Positions 1-7,903 of a DNA stretch of 32,000 nucleotides are shown piece by piece. The stretch comes from Rhodobacter capsulatus SB 1003 (GTDB lineage: Bacteria > Pseudomonadota > Alphaproteobacteria > Rhodobacterales > Rhodobacteraceae). Below the pieces are notes generated by a model. That model had not been told where the DNA came from. It saw only the letters and a program-made list of their open reading frames with translations, and did not search any database. Within the stretch, counting starts at the first letter, position 1; every line of letters starts with the position of its first letter. The stretch covers positions 2,430,001-2,462,000 of the forward strand of contig NC_014034.1 of the NCBI RefSeq assembly GCF_000021865.1. The letters are read 5' to 3'. The position numbers were made by a program, and so were the translations under genes.

Positions 1-1
1 C

Positions 2-2086
2 GCGCGCCGGGCGGTGGAGAAATTCTTCACCCCCGGCAATCTGACGGCGCTGCGCGAACTGGCTTTGCGCCGCACCGCCGAGCGGGTCGACGACCAGATG
101 ACCGAGATCCTGCGGCAAAAGGCGATCGAGGGGCCCTGGGCCGCGGCCGAGCGGCTGCTGGTCTGCCTGGTCGCCGATGGTAGCAGCGATGCGCTGATCC
201 GGCAGACGGCACGGCTGGCCTCGGCGCTGAATGCGGACTGGATCGCGCTCCTGCTGGCGCCGCCCGGCGATCCGGCGCAACCGGACCGGCGCGCGAGCGA
301 GGCGCTGCGGCTGGTCGAGACGCTGGGGGGCACGGCGCAGCGGCGGACCAGCGCCGATTTTGCCGCGGATATCCTGCGCGTGGCGCGGCGCGAACATGTC
401 ACGCAGATCCTGCTCGGGCATCGGCCGCGCGGCCCGCTGGCGCGGCTGCTGCGCCAAAGCCTGGCCGAGGCGCTGGCCGCCCGCGCCGAGGGGATCGCGG
501 TGCATCTGCTGCCCCTGCCCGGCCCGGCGCCCGCGGCGGCGCGCCGACGCCTTGACGCCCTGCGCCGGGGCCTGACGCGGCCGGGCCTGCCCGCCGATCT
601 GGCGCTTGCGGGGCTGGCCACGACCGGGGTGATCGCGATCGGCCATGCTTTGGCCGCGGTGATGGAACTGCCGAACCTGTCGATGATCTTTCTGGCGGGC
701 GTGCTGATCTGCGGCACGTTGCGCGGCACCCGGGCGGCGGTTCTGGCGGCGCTTCTGTCCTGTCTGGGCTACAATTTCTTCTTCATCGAGCCGCTGCACA
801 CCTTCAGCATCGCGCGGCCGCATGAATTCCTGGCGCTGCTGATCTTTCTGGTCGTCGCCAGCCTGACCGGGTCCTGGACCGGGCGGATCCGCGCGCAGGC
901 CCGCGCGGCGCTGGCGCAGACCCGGGGCGTCGAGGCGCAGGCGGCGTTTTCGCGCCAGCTCTCGGCGGCGTCTTCGGCCGAGGATGTCGCCTGGGCGATG
1001 GTGACGCAGGTGCAGGGCGGGCTGGGCGGCAAGGCGATCCTGCTTCTGGTCGAGGGCAGCGAGCTGGTGCCCTGCGCCGCCTGGCCGCCCGAGGAAATCG
1101 CCGATCCGGTCGAGATGACCGCGGCGCGCTGGGCGTTTGAAAAAGGCGAGGTGGCGGGCTGGCGCACGGCGACGCTGCCGAACCTGCGGCTGCGCTTTCA
1201 CCCGCTGGCGACGCCGCGCCATGTGGTGGCGGTGCTGGGCTACGAGCCGCCCGACCGCGACCAGCCGCTCTCGGTCGCCGACGAGGCGAAGCTGGCCGTG
1301 GCGGTGGAACAGGCGGCGGTGGCGCTGGACCGCGCGCTTTTGGTGCGCGAGGCGGTGAAGGCGGCGGCGATGCAGGAAAACGAGAACATCCGCGATGCGC
1401 TTTTGGCCTCGCTCGGCCATGATCTGCGCACGCCTCTGGCCGCGATCACCGGCGCGGTGACGACGCTGCAACGGGGCGAAACCGACCTGCGCCCCGATCA
1501 GCGCACCGAGCTGCTGGACACCATCGGGCAGGAAGCCGCGCGGCTGAACCGCTTCGTGGGCAACCTTTTGGAGATGAGCCGGATCGATCAGGGCGTGGTC
1601 AAGGTCCGCCGCGACTGGGTCGATGTCGGCGATGCGATCCGGCTGGCGGCCGAGCGGGCGCGCAAGACCCATCCGGGGCGGCAGACCCGGGTCAGCCTGG
1701 CCCCCGATCTGGGCTTCGTGCGCGGCGATCAGGATCTGCTGTCGCAGGTGATCTTCAACCTGCTCGACAACGCACATAAATACGGCGAAAGCGAGGTCAG
1801 CGTGCATGCGCGCAATGAAGGGGATCAGGTGGCGATCAGCGTGACCGACGACGGCCCCGGGGTGAAACCGGCCGATCTGGAGCGGATCTTCGAGAAATTC
1901 TTCCGCGCGGGCGGCACCGACCGGCGCAAGCCCGGCACCGGGCTGGGGCTGTCGATCTGCCGCGGCCTCGTGCGGGCGATGGGCGGCACGATCAAGGCCG
2001 AAAGCCCCGCCATCCGCCGCCGCGGCACCCGGCTGATCGTGCGGCTGCCGCTGGCGGAACTGCCGCAGGACGAGGAGGCGAGATAG
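2..2086 (+). CDS. kdpD: Sensor histidine kinase KdpD, 5'-truncated by window edge. The in-window part covers the USP-like region, the membrane domain, a GAF-like region and the HisKA/HATPase core.
   Basis: The frame is open from the window start (..ARRAVEKFFTPGNLTALRELALRRTAERVDDQM, the conserved KdpD linker). A hydrophobic four-helix block follows (LALAGLATTGVIAIGH...LIFLVVASLTG). H-box SLGHDLRTPLAAI, N-box NLLDNAHKY and G-boxes DDGPGV and GTGLGLSI are present. It is followed 2 nt later by an OmpR-type regulator. Confidence 0.9.
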   Translation, partial: ARRAVEKFFTPGNLTALRELALRRTAERVDDQMTEILRQKAIEGPWAAAERLLVCLVADGSSDALIRQTARLASALNADWIALLLAPPGDPAQPDRRASEALRLVETLGGTAQRRTSADFAADILRVARREHVTQILLGHRPRGPLARLLRQSLAEALAARAEGIAVHLLPLPGPAPAAARRRLDALRRGLTRPGLPADLALAGLATTGVIAIGHALAAVMELPNLSMIFLAGVLICGTLRGTRAAVLAALLSCLGYNFFFIEPLHTFSIARPHEFLALLIFLVVASLTGSWTGRIRAQARAALAQTRGVEAQAAFSRQLSAASSAEDVAWAMVTQVQGGLGGKAILLLVEGSELVPCAAWPPEEIADPVEMTAARWAFEKGEVAGWRTATLPNLRLRFHPLATPRHVVAVLGYEPPDRDQPLSVADEAKLAVAVEQAAVALDRALLVREAVKAAAMQENENIRDALLASLGHDLRTPLAAITGAVTTLQRGETDLRPDQRTELLDTIGQEAARLNRFVGNLLEMSRIDQGVVKVRRDWVDVGDAIRLAAERARKTHPGRQTRVSLAPDLGFVRGDQDLLSQVIFNLLDNAHKYGESEVSVHARNEGDQVAISVTDDGPGVKPADLERIFEKFFRAGGTDRRKPGTGLGLSICRGLVRAMGGTIKAESPAIRRRGTRLIVRLPLAELPQDEEAR

Positions 2087-2088
2087 GA

Positions 2089-2775
2089 ATGCGCCGTTTG
2101 CTTGTCGTCGATGACGACGACCAGATCCAGACCATGCTGCGGATCGCGCTGGAAACGGCGGGCTACGAGATCGTCGCCGCGACGACCGGGCAGGAGGCGA
2201 TCCGGCTGGCGGCCAGCATCGCGCCCGAGGCGATCCTGCTCGATCTGGGCCTGCCCGACCGCGACGGCAAGGAAGTGCTCAAAGCCGTGCGGGCCTTCAG
2301 CGCGGTGCCGGTGATCGTGCTTTCGGCCCGCGACCGCGAGGCGGAAAAGGTCGAGGCGCTGGATCTGGGCGCCGATGACTATCTGGAAAAACCCTTCGGC
2401 ATCAGCGAGTTGCAGGCCCGTTTGCGCGCCGCCGCCCGCCATGCGACGCGGGCAAAGGGGGAAACGACGCGGCTGGTGCTGGGCGCGCTGAGTGTCGATC
2501 TGGAGAAGCGGCTGGTGCAAAAGGACGGCCAGCCGGTGCGGCTGACGCCAAAGGAATTCGCGCTGCTCTCGGTTCTGGTGCGCAATCCGGGCCGGGTGGT
2601 GACGCATCGGCAGATCCTGACCGCGGTCTGGGGCCCCGCCCATCACGACGACACGCAATATCTGCGCGTCTTCATCGGCCAGCTGCGCGCCAAGATCGAA
2701 CCCGATCCGGCCGCGCCGGTGCTGATCGTGACCGAACCGGGCGTCGGCTACCGGCTGGCGGAGGGGCCGCTCTAG
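2089..2775 (+). CDS. kdpE: OmpR-family response regulator KdpE
   Basis: Receiver domain (LLVVDDDDQI...LLDLGLPDRDG...LSARD...K) plus a winged-helix C-terminus (LTPKEFALLSVLVRNPGRVVTHRQIL...VGYRL). GAGGAGG lies upstream of the ATG. The gene is adjacent to kdpD. Confidence 0.9.
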   Translation: MRRLLVVDDDDQIQTMLRIALETAGYEIVAATTGQEAIRLAASIAPEAILLDLGLPDRDGKEVLKAVRAFSAVPVIVLSARDREAEKVEALDLGADDYLEKPFGISELQARLRAAARHATRAKGETTRLVLGALSVDLEKRLVQKDGQPVRLTPKEFALLSVLVRNPGRVVTHRQILTAVWGPAHHDDTQYLRVFIGQLRAKIEPDPAAPVLIVTEPGVGYRLAEGPL

Positions 2776-2798
2776 CGGCCACGCCCCGACCCGGCGGC

Positions 2799-3938
2799 TC
2801 AGGCGGCCAGAGCGGCCAGGACGCGGGCGATGTCGGCCTCTGCCAGATCGGTGAAACAGGGCAGCCCGAGCAGCCGCGCCGCCACATCGGCGCTGACCGG
2901 CAGCGGATCGCACGAAAGCCCGGCATAGGCCGGATGCGCCGAAAGACCGCCGCCATACCAGGCGCGAAAGTCGATCCCCGCCGCATGCAGCCGCCCCGCC
3001 ATCGCCGCCGCCTGCCCGGCATCACGCGCCTCGACCAGCGCATAACAGGCCGAAATCTCGGGCGCGGTCCAAAGCCCTATCCCCGCCGCCGCCCCCGCCC
3101 GCGCATAGGCGGCGGCGACCCTGTCCCACTGCGCGCGCTTTTGCGCAAAACCGTCCAGCTCGGCCAGCGCCACCGCCGCCGCATATTCGCTCATCTTGCC
3201 ATTCAGCCCGGCAACCTGCGCCTCGCGCGACAGATAAAAGCCGTTGTTGAGACCCTTGTAGGCCTCCTGCAGCAAAAGGGTGTCGCGCGACAGCACCAGC
3301 CCGCCCTCGCCGCAGCCGAAGGCTTTGGTGGCATGCAGGCTCACCGCCAGCGGGATCGAGCGCGGCAGATCCCCCCCCGACGCCATCAGCCCGTCCAGAC
3401 AGGCCGCCGCATCGATCACCACCGCGATCCCGGTCTCGTCGTGGAAATCCTGCCAGCCCTGCAGGTCGATCGCGCGGCCATAGGGCGCCACCGGCAGCAC
3501 CAGCCCGACCTCGGCCAGCCGCGGATGCCGACGCAGCGCCGCGGGCTCCATCGCCCAGCTGGCGGGGTCGATATCGACCAGATGGCAATCATAGCCGCAA
3601 GACAGCGCCGCCCCCGCCGTCGCGACGAACGTATAGGCGGGCAACAGGCACAGGCGCCCGCGCGCGCGCGACAGGCCGCGCGCCGCGCGGATCGCGGCGA
3701 CCAGCGCCATCGTGCCGGTGCTGCAGGAAATCACCCCGGTCCCGCCCAGCCCCAGCCGCGCCGCCATCCGCGCTTCGAGCTGCGCCACCAGCGGGCCGTG
3801 ATTGGAATAAATTCTGCTCTCGTCGATCTGGCGCAGATATGGCACAAGGGTTTCTGTCCGCGGCAAGGCAGGCCGGGCAACCGGAAGCCGCGGCCTGCCT
3901 TCGGGCGGCGGCGGGCCGGGCGGTGTCGGGGTCAGCAT
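2799..3938 (-). CDS. DegT/DnrJ/EryC1/StrS-family PLP-dependent sugar aminotransferase
   Basis: This is the C-terminal 379 aa of the 851-aa track ORF. The N-terminus LPVARPALPRTETLVPYLRQIDESRIYSNHGPLV is typical of the family. The PLP-lysine motif SLHATKAFGCGEGG is present. The only canonical in-frame start upstream of the conserved N-terminus is the ATG at 3938. No SD is visible there, so the start is uncertain. Confidence 0.85.
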   Translation of the reverse strand: MLTPTPPGPPPPEGRPRLPVARPALPRTETLVPYLRQIDESRIYSNHGPLVAQLEARMAARLGLGGTGVISCSTGTMALVAAIRAARGLSRARGRLCLLPAYTFVATAGAALSCGYDCHLVDIDPASWAMEPAALRRHPRLAEVGLVLPVAPYGRAIDLQGWQDFHDETGIAVVIDAAACLDGLMASGGDLPRSIPLAVSLHATKAFGCGEGGLVLSRDTLLLQEAYKGLNNGFYLSREAQVAGLNGKMSEYAAAVALAELDGFAQKRAQWDRVAAAYARAGAAAGIGLWTAPEISACYALVEARDAGQAAAMAGRLHAAGIDFRAWYGGGLSAHPAYAGLSCDPLPVSADVAARLLGLPCFTDLAEADIARVLAALAA

Positions 3939-3953
3939 GAGGGGAGCTCTAGA

Positions 3954-4622
3954 TTGGACATCATTCTGTTCGGTGTCGGCCAGATCGCCGAGGTCATGGC
4001 ACATTACGTTCAGCAAGATCCGCATCTCAATCTGGTGGGCTTCACCGTTGACCGCGCCTATCTGCCGCCCTCGGGAGAGTTCAAGGGCCTGCCCGTCGCC
4101 GCATGGGACGAAGCCGACACCCTTTTCCCCCCCGGGAAGATTCGCATCCTCGGGCCTGTCAGCTATCGTGGCAACAACACGTTTCGCCGGGACCGTCATT
4201 TCGAGGCGAAAGAACGGGGCTACAGCTTCGCCAGCTACATCCACCCCTCCTCGCATGTGAGCGGCGCCGAGATCGGCGAGAATTCGGTGATCCTCGAGGA
4301 CTGCACCGTGCAGCCCTATGCGAAGCTTGGCACAGGATCGATCCTGTGGAGCAAGGTCCATATCGGCCATCATGCGCAGATCGGGGATTTCTGTTTCTTT
4401 GCCTCTTTTTGCGGCATCGCGGGCAATGCGCGGGTGGGCGATTGCACCTTTTTCGGCGGCCAGACCGGATTGGCCGACAATCTCAGCGTCGGATCGGGCT
4501 GCATCATCGGCGCGGGCACGCCGGTGACCGAGAACATCCCCGATGGCGCGCTGGCGATCTCGCGCGGGGTGCGCGTCCTGCCCAACGGGGCGCGGCGGTT
4601 CGCGCGAAGGCTGCTGGGCTAG
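3954..4622 (+). CDS. NeuD/PglD-like sugar N/O-acetyltransferase (left-handed beta-helix, hexapeptide repeats)
   Basis: This is the C-terminal part of track ORF 2934..4622. A Rossmann-like N-terminus (DIILFGVGQIAEV) is followed by hexapeptide repeats (IGENSVILEDCTV..LGTGSILWSKVHIGHHAQIGDFCFF..IAGNARVGDCTFFGGQTGLADNLSVGSGCIIGAGT). A TTG at 3954 lies 7 nt after GAGGGGAG. The exact start is uncertain. Confidence 0.75.
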   Translation: MDIILFGVGQIAEVMAHYVQQDPHLNLVGFTVDRAYLPPSGEFKGLPVAAWDEADTLFPPGKIRILGPVSYRGNNTFRRDRHFEAKERGYSFASYIHPSSHVSGAEIGENSVILEDCTVQPYAKLGTGSILWSKVHIGHHAQIGDFCFFASFCGIAGNARVGDCTFFGGQTGLADNLSVGSGCIIGAGTPVTENIPDGALAISRGVRVLPNGARRFARRLLG

Positions 4623-4640
4623 CGGCCGGGGCGATCGGGC

Positions 4641-5291
4641 ATGACGACCGTCGCGGTGATGCAGCCCTATTTCTTTCCCTATGGCGGCTATTACCGGCTG
4701 CTGGCGGCGGCGGATGTCTTTGTCATCCTTGACTGCGTGCAGTTTCCCCGCCGCGGCCGGGTGCATCGCTCTTCCCTGCCCGGCGCGGGCCGCTGGATCA
4801 CCCTGCCGCTCGAGCCCGCCCCGCGCGACAGCCTGATCAGCGCGATGCGCCTTGCCCCCGATGCCGCCGGACGGCTCTGGCCGCAATGCCGCAAGCTGCC
4901 CGGGCCGATGCCCGCCGACACCCCCCTGCGCCGCGCGGTGCTGGATCTGCTGCAGACCCCCGAGGGTGCGCTGGTGCCCTATCTCGAACGCTCGCTGCGG
5001 ATCGTGGCCGAGGCGCTCGGTTTCGATGGCCGGATCTGCCGCGGCAGCGACCTTGAGCTGCCCGCGGGGCTGACTGCGCAAGAGCGCATCCTCGAGATCG
5101 TGCGCAGGCAGGGCGGAACCCGCTACATCAACGCGCCGGGCGGCACCGCGCTTTACGATCGCGCGGTGTTTTCGCGCGCGGGCATTGATCTGAATTTCCT
5201 GCCCCCCTATACAGGAAAACATACATGTTTTCTGCCCGCCCTGTTCGAACGGACCGTGGCGGAGTTGCGTGCAGACATCTTGGAAGGCTGA
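4641..5291 (+). CDS. WbqC-like family protein (unknown role in amino-sugar/O-antigen pathways)
   Basis: The N-terminus VAVMQPYFFPYGGYYRLLAAADVFVILDCVQF matches the WbqC-family signature as I remember it (MQPYFFPYIGYF). It sits next to an aminotransferase and an acetyltransferase, which is usual for this family. Confidence 0.7.
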   Translation: MTTVAVMQPYFFPYGGYYRLLAAADVFVILDCVQFPRRGRVHRSSLPGAGRWITLPLEPAPRDSLISAMRLAPDAAGRLWPQCRKLPGPMPADTPLRRAVLDLLQTPEGALVPYLERSLRIVAEALGFDGRICRGSDLELPAGLTAQERILEIVRRQGGTRYINAPGGTALYDRAVFSRAGIDLNFLPPYTGKHTCFLPALFERTVAELRADILEG

Positions 5292-5308
5292 CCCTTCCGA
5301 TCCGTGTG

Positions 5309-5318
5309 CCCCCCCCCC
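5309..5318. repeat. Homopolymeric C10 tract in the wbqC-like/methyltransferase spacer
   Basis: Direct read: gtg cccccccccc gaaaa. It is the longest homopolymer I found in the window. It lies 27 nt upstream of the ATG at 5345, in frame with the upstream-extended ORF 5225..6262. Confidence 0.95.
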
Positions 5319-5344
5319 GAAAATCCCCGAGCGGAGAAGCGTCC

Positions 5345-6262
5345 ATGGCCCCAAGCGACCCCGGTGACACCGTGATGCCGCCCGCCTTCGTCGATCCGCT
5401 CGGCCATGCGCCGCTGCTGCCCGGCGCCGACGGCCTTTCGCTGATCGCGCCCGGCAGCGGCACCGTCTGGCCGGTCAGCGCGGGGATCGCCGATCTGGTG
5501 CATCCGCGGCCGCAGCCGACTGACCCGGCGCCGCCGCAATTCGACCGGCCCCTGCCCGCGGTCGAGGAAGCCTTTCTGCGCTGGACCTTCCGCGCCTTCG
5601 GCGGCGACGAGGACACGCTGCGCCGCAAGGTCATCGACAAGCTCGATCTGGCGCCGGATGCGGTGGTGCTTGACAATGCCTGTGGCGGCGGGGCGAACAC
5701 GCGCCTGCTGCAGGAACGGCTGCCGCGCGGGGTCTTGTGCAGCACCGACATTTCGCTGGAACTGCTGGCGCATGGCGCGGGCCGGTTTGCCACGGACACC
5801 GGCTGCCGCACGATCTGGTGCGGGGCGAATGCGCTTTATCTGCCCTTTCCGGATCAAAGCTTCGATGCGGTGCTGAGCACCGGCGGCTTCAACCAGTTCG
5901 GCGATCCGGTGCGGGCGATCGCCGAGATGACCCGCGTGACCCGCCCCGGCGGCCGCATCGTCATCGCCGACGAGGGCTATGCGCCCTGGCTGCAACAGAC
6001 GCTGACCGGGCAGATGGTGCTGAACGACAATCCGCTGATGGCCTGCGCGCCGCCGCTGCAGGCGCTGCCCGCCGTGGCGCAGGAGGTCCGGCTCGAATGG
6101 CATCTGGGCAACGCCTATTACTGTCTCGACTTCCGGGTCGGGGCGGCGCCGCCCGCGGTCGATCTTGACCTGCCGCACGAGGGGCTGCGCGGCGGCACGA
6201 TCCGCAGCCGCTTCGAGGCGATGCGGCAACGGCACGAAACGGAAACCGGGGCCGACCGATGA
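5345..6262 (+). CDS. Class I SAM-dependent methyltransferase with a Trm112-like (Cys-less) N-terminal extension
   Basis: Motif I VLDNACGGGANT. Post-I/II region ALYLPFPDQSFDAVLS. Motif RPGGRIVIAD. The ATG at 5345 is preceded by GGAGAAG. The earlier ATG at 5225 would overlap the upstream gene by 67 nt. Confidence 0.8.
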   Translation: MAPSDPGDTVMPPAFVDPLGHAPLLPGADGLSLIAPGSGTVWPVSAGIADLVHPRPQPTDPAPPQFDRPLPAVEEAFLRWTFRAFGGDEDTLRRKVIDKLDLAPDAVVLDNACGGGANTRLLQERLPRGVLCSTDISLELLAHGAGRFATDTGCRTIWCGANALYLPFPDQSFDAVLSTGGFNQFGDPVRAIAEMTRVTRPGGRIVIADEGYAPWLQQTLTGQMVLNDNPLMACAPPLQALPAVAQEVRLEWHLGNAYYCLDFRVGAAPPAVDLDLPHEGLRGGTIRSRFEAMRQRHETETGADR

Positions 6263-6918
6263 GCGACGAGACCACCGGCCGCGGCAAGGTGTTCTGCATC
6301 GGCTTTCCGAAGACCGGCACCACCTCGCTGGAAACCGCGCTGCACCGGCTGGGCTACAAGGTCTGCCGCGGCGCTTCGAGCAACAATCACAGCAACTTCC
6401 TGATGGCGCTGCAGGTGCTGGGCGACACCGACGAGATCGCCCGGGTGATCCGCCATTTCGACGCTTTCGCCGACATGCCCTTTGGCGGCACCGATCTTTA
6501 TCTGTGGCTCTCGCGCCGCTATCCCGAGGCGCGGTTCGTACATACCCTGCGCGCGCCCGAGGCCTGGTATCAGTCGCTGCTGAACCAGCTGGCGAAGGTG
6601 GGGGCCAGCTCTGACGCCCCGCTCGAGGCGCTGCATGCGGCGGGGGGATATGGCGCGGCGATGATCGTGCGCCGGGTCTGGGGCATCACCGACCCGCTGA
6701 GCCAGAAAGACCGCCTGCTGCGCCACTATCACGATCTGAACGCCGCCATCCTGGCGCATTTCGAGGGCTGCGCGAATTTTCACGCCTTCAACCTGACCGA
6801 GGAACGGGACTGGACCTCGCTGTGCCGGTTTCTGGACAAGCCGGTGCCGGATCTGCCGTTCCCGCATGACAACCCCGGCCAGGGCAAGGCTGCGCGCGCC
6901 GTGCCGCAGAGCGGATGA
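6259..6918 (+). CDS. Sulfotransferase family protein (PAPS-dependent, Sulfotransfer_4-like)
   Basis: 5'-phosphosulfate-binding loop GFPKTGTTSLETAL at the N-terminus. 3'-phosphate-binding-type motif RFVHTLRAPEAWYQS. ATGA start/stop overlap with the methyltransferase. Confidence 0.75.
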   Translation: MSDETTGRGKVFCIGFPKTGTTSLETALHRLGYKVCRGASSNNHSNFLMALQVLGDTDEIARVIRHFDAFADMPFGGTDLYLWLSRRYPEARFVHTLRAPEAWYQSLLNQLAKVGASSDAPLEALHAAGGYGAAMIVRRVWGITDPLSQKDRLLRHYHDLNAAILAHFEGCANFHAFNLTEERDWTSLCRFLDKPVPDLPFPHDNPGQGKAARAVPQSG

Positions 6919-6922
6919 CGCG

Positions 6923-7903
6923 ATGACCCCGAACGACACGGCCCGCACGCGGCCCCCCGGCCCCCCCGCCTGGTTCATCGTGACCAGCCACGGCTGGAGC
7001 GCAAGCCACTGGCTCGCCCACAACCTGACCCGGCATCCGCAGATCGCCTGCCTGCATTCCAGCGCCGCCCTGCCTGCCGATCAGCCCGAGCCCTATGACA
7101 TCGCGGAGCTGATGGCGCGGCAGGATTATGCCCGCCTCTTCGCGCTGATCGCGCAGTTCCGCGCGGGCTATGGCACGCGCGCGACCACCCCGCCCGCCGA
7201 TCTTTACCGCCCGCTGGAGGCGCGGACCGACGCGCGGCTGATCGGTTCCGTCCACAGTTTCCGGCTGCGCGACCTGCCGGCGCTGGCCCCCGATCTGACC
7301 CCGCCGGACCGCGGGCTGCGGATCGTCAACCTGATCCGGCACCCGGTCAATCTGGTCAATTCGGGGGCGGGCCAGTTCGAGCTGACCTTCCGGCTTGATC
7401 TGAACGAATTGCAATGGATCACCCGGCGCATCGTCGAGACCGGGCTGGACAGCTTCGAGCGGATCGCGGCGCGGCACCGGATCTGCCCGGGCGATCCCGA
7501 GGTTCTGGCCTTTTTCGGCGCCTGCGTCACGCTCCGGGGCCTTGCCGCGGATTTTGCCGCCCGCGACCGGCTGCGGGAGCTGGGGCTGAGCGGCTATGCG
7601 GGATCGGTCCGGCAAGAGGATGTCACCCGCGATCCGGCGGTCTTTCGCGATCTGCTGACGCGGCTCGGCCCCGGCGCCGTCGATTGCCCGCAGGCCTATC
7701 TGGATCAGGTCTTCGCCGACCCCCGCCGCAATGTGCACAATGCCCGGCCCCGTCCGACCGACCCGGCCGCGCTGTTCGCCGACTGGGCCCCCTGGCAGCA
7801 GGAGGCCTTTGCCTTCTGCCTTGATGCCTTCGGGCTGCGCGCGCCCTATCAGGCCGAGGGCTATGCGCTCGAGATGGTGCCGCCGGGAAAGGATCTCGCA
7901 TGA
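6923..7903 (+). CDS. Hypothetical protein, possibly a divergent sulfotransferase fold with a degenerate PAPS loop
   Basis: The ATG at 6923 lies 4 nt after the preceding stop. WFIVTSHGWSASHWLAHNL occupies the position of the PSB loop but lacks the Lys/Arg-Ser/Thr-Gly-Thr-Thr signature. RIVNLIRHPVNLVNS resembles the sulfotransferase 3'-PB motif. There is no other recognisable domain. Confidence 0.55.
   Translation: MTPNDTARTRPPGPPAWFIVTSHGWSASHWLAHNLTRHPQIACLHSSAALPADQPEPYDIAELMARQDYARLFALIAQFRAGYGTRATTPPADLYRPLEARTDARLIGSVHSFRLRDLPALAPDLTPPDRGLRIVNLIRHPVNLVNSGAGQFELTFRLDLNELQWITRRIVETGLDSFERIAARHRICPGDPEVLAFFGACVTLRGLAADFAARDRLRELGLSGYAGSVRQEDVTRDPAVFRDLLTRLGPGAVDCPQAYLDQVFADPRRNVHNARPRPTDPAALFADWAPWQQEAFAFCLDAFGLRAPYQAEGYALEMVPPGKDLA

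Noticed and set aside
3371-3378. C8/G8 homopolymers inside coding regions (3371-3378 in the aminotransferase, 15975-15982 in the ureohydrolase, 31504-31511 in the holin-like gene) as phase-variation tracts
   Set aside because: Each is simply Gly-Gly codons (GGG GGG G..), twice in a Gly-Gly-Asp context and once in a Gly-Gly-Ala context. In the ureohydrolase the Gly-Gly-Asp belongs to the catalytic GGDH motif. Three occurrences in unrelated genes suggest this is compositional background for this genome, not a dedicated switch.
5225-5344. Upstream ATG (5225) as the methyltransferase start
   Set aside because: It would overlap the WbqC-like gene by 67 nt and add a Pro/Arg-rich tail with no family resemblance. 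The ATG at 5345 has a good GGAGAAG SD. The possibility is kept alive only in the C10-tract finding.
2799-5354. An 851-aa minus-strand ORF spanning the aminotransferase and running antisense through the acetyltransferase and WbqC-like genes
   Set aside because: Only the C-terminal 379 aa (from the ATG at 3938) has recognisable DegT-family sequence. The N-terminal 470 aa is Arg/Ala/Gly/His-rich low-complexity sequence lying opposite two well-supported plus-strand genes. It is a high-GC run-on with no stop codons.
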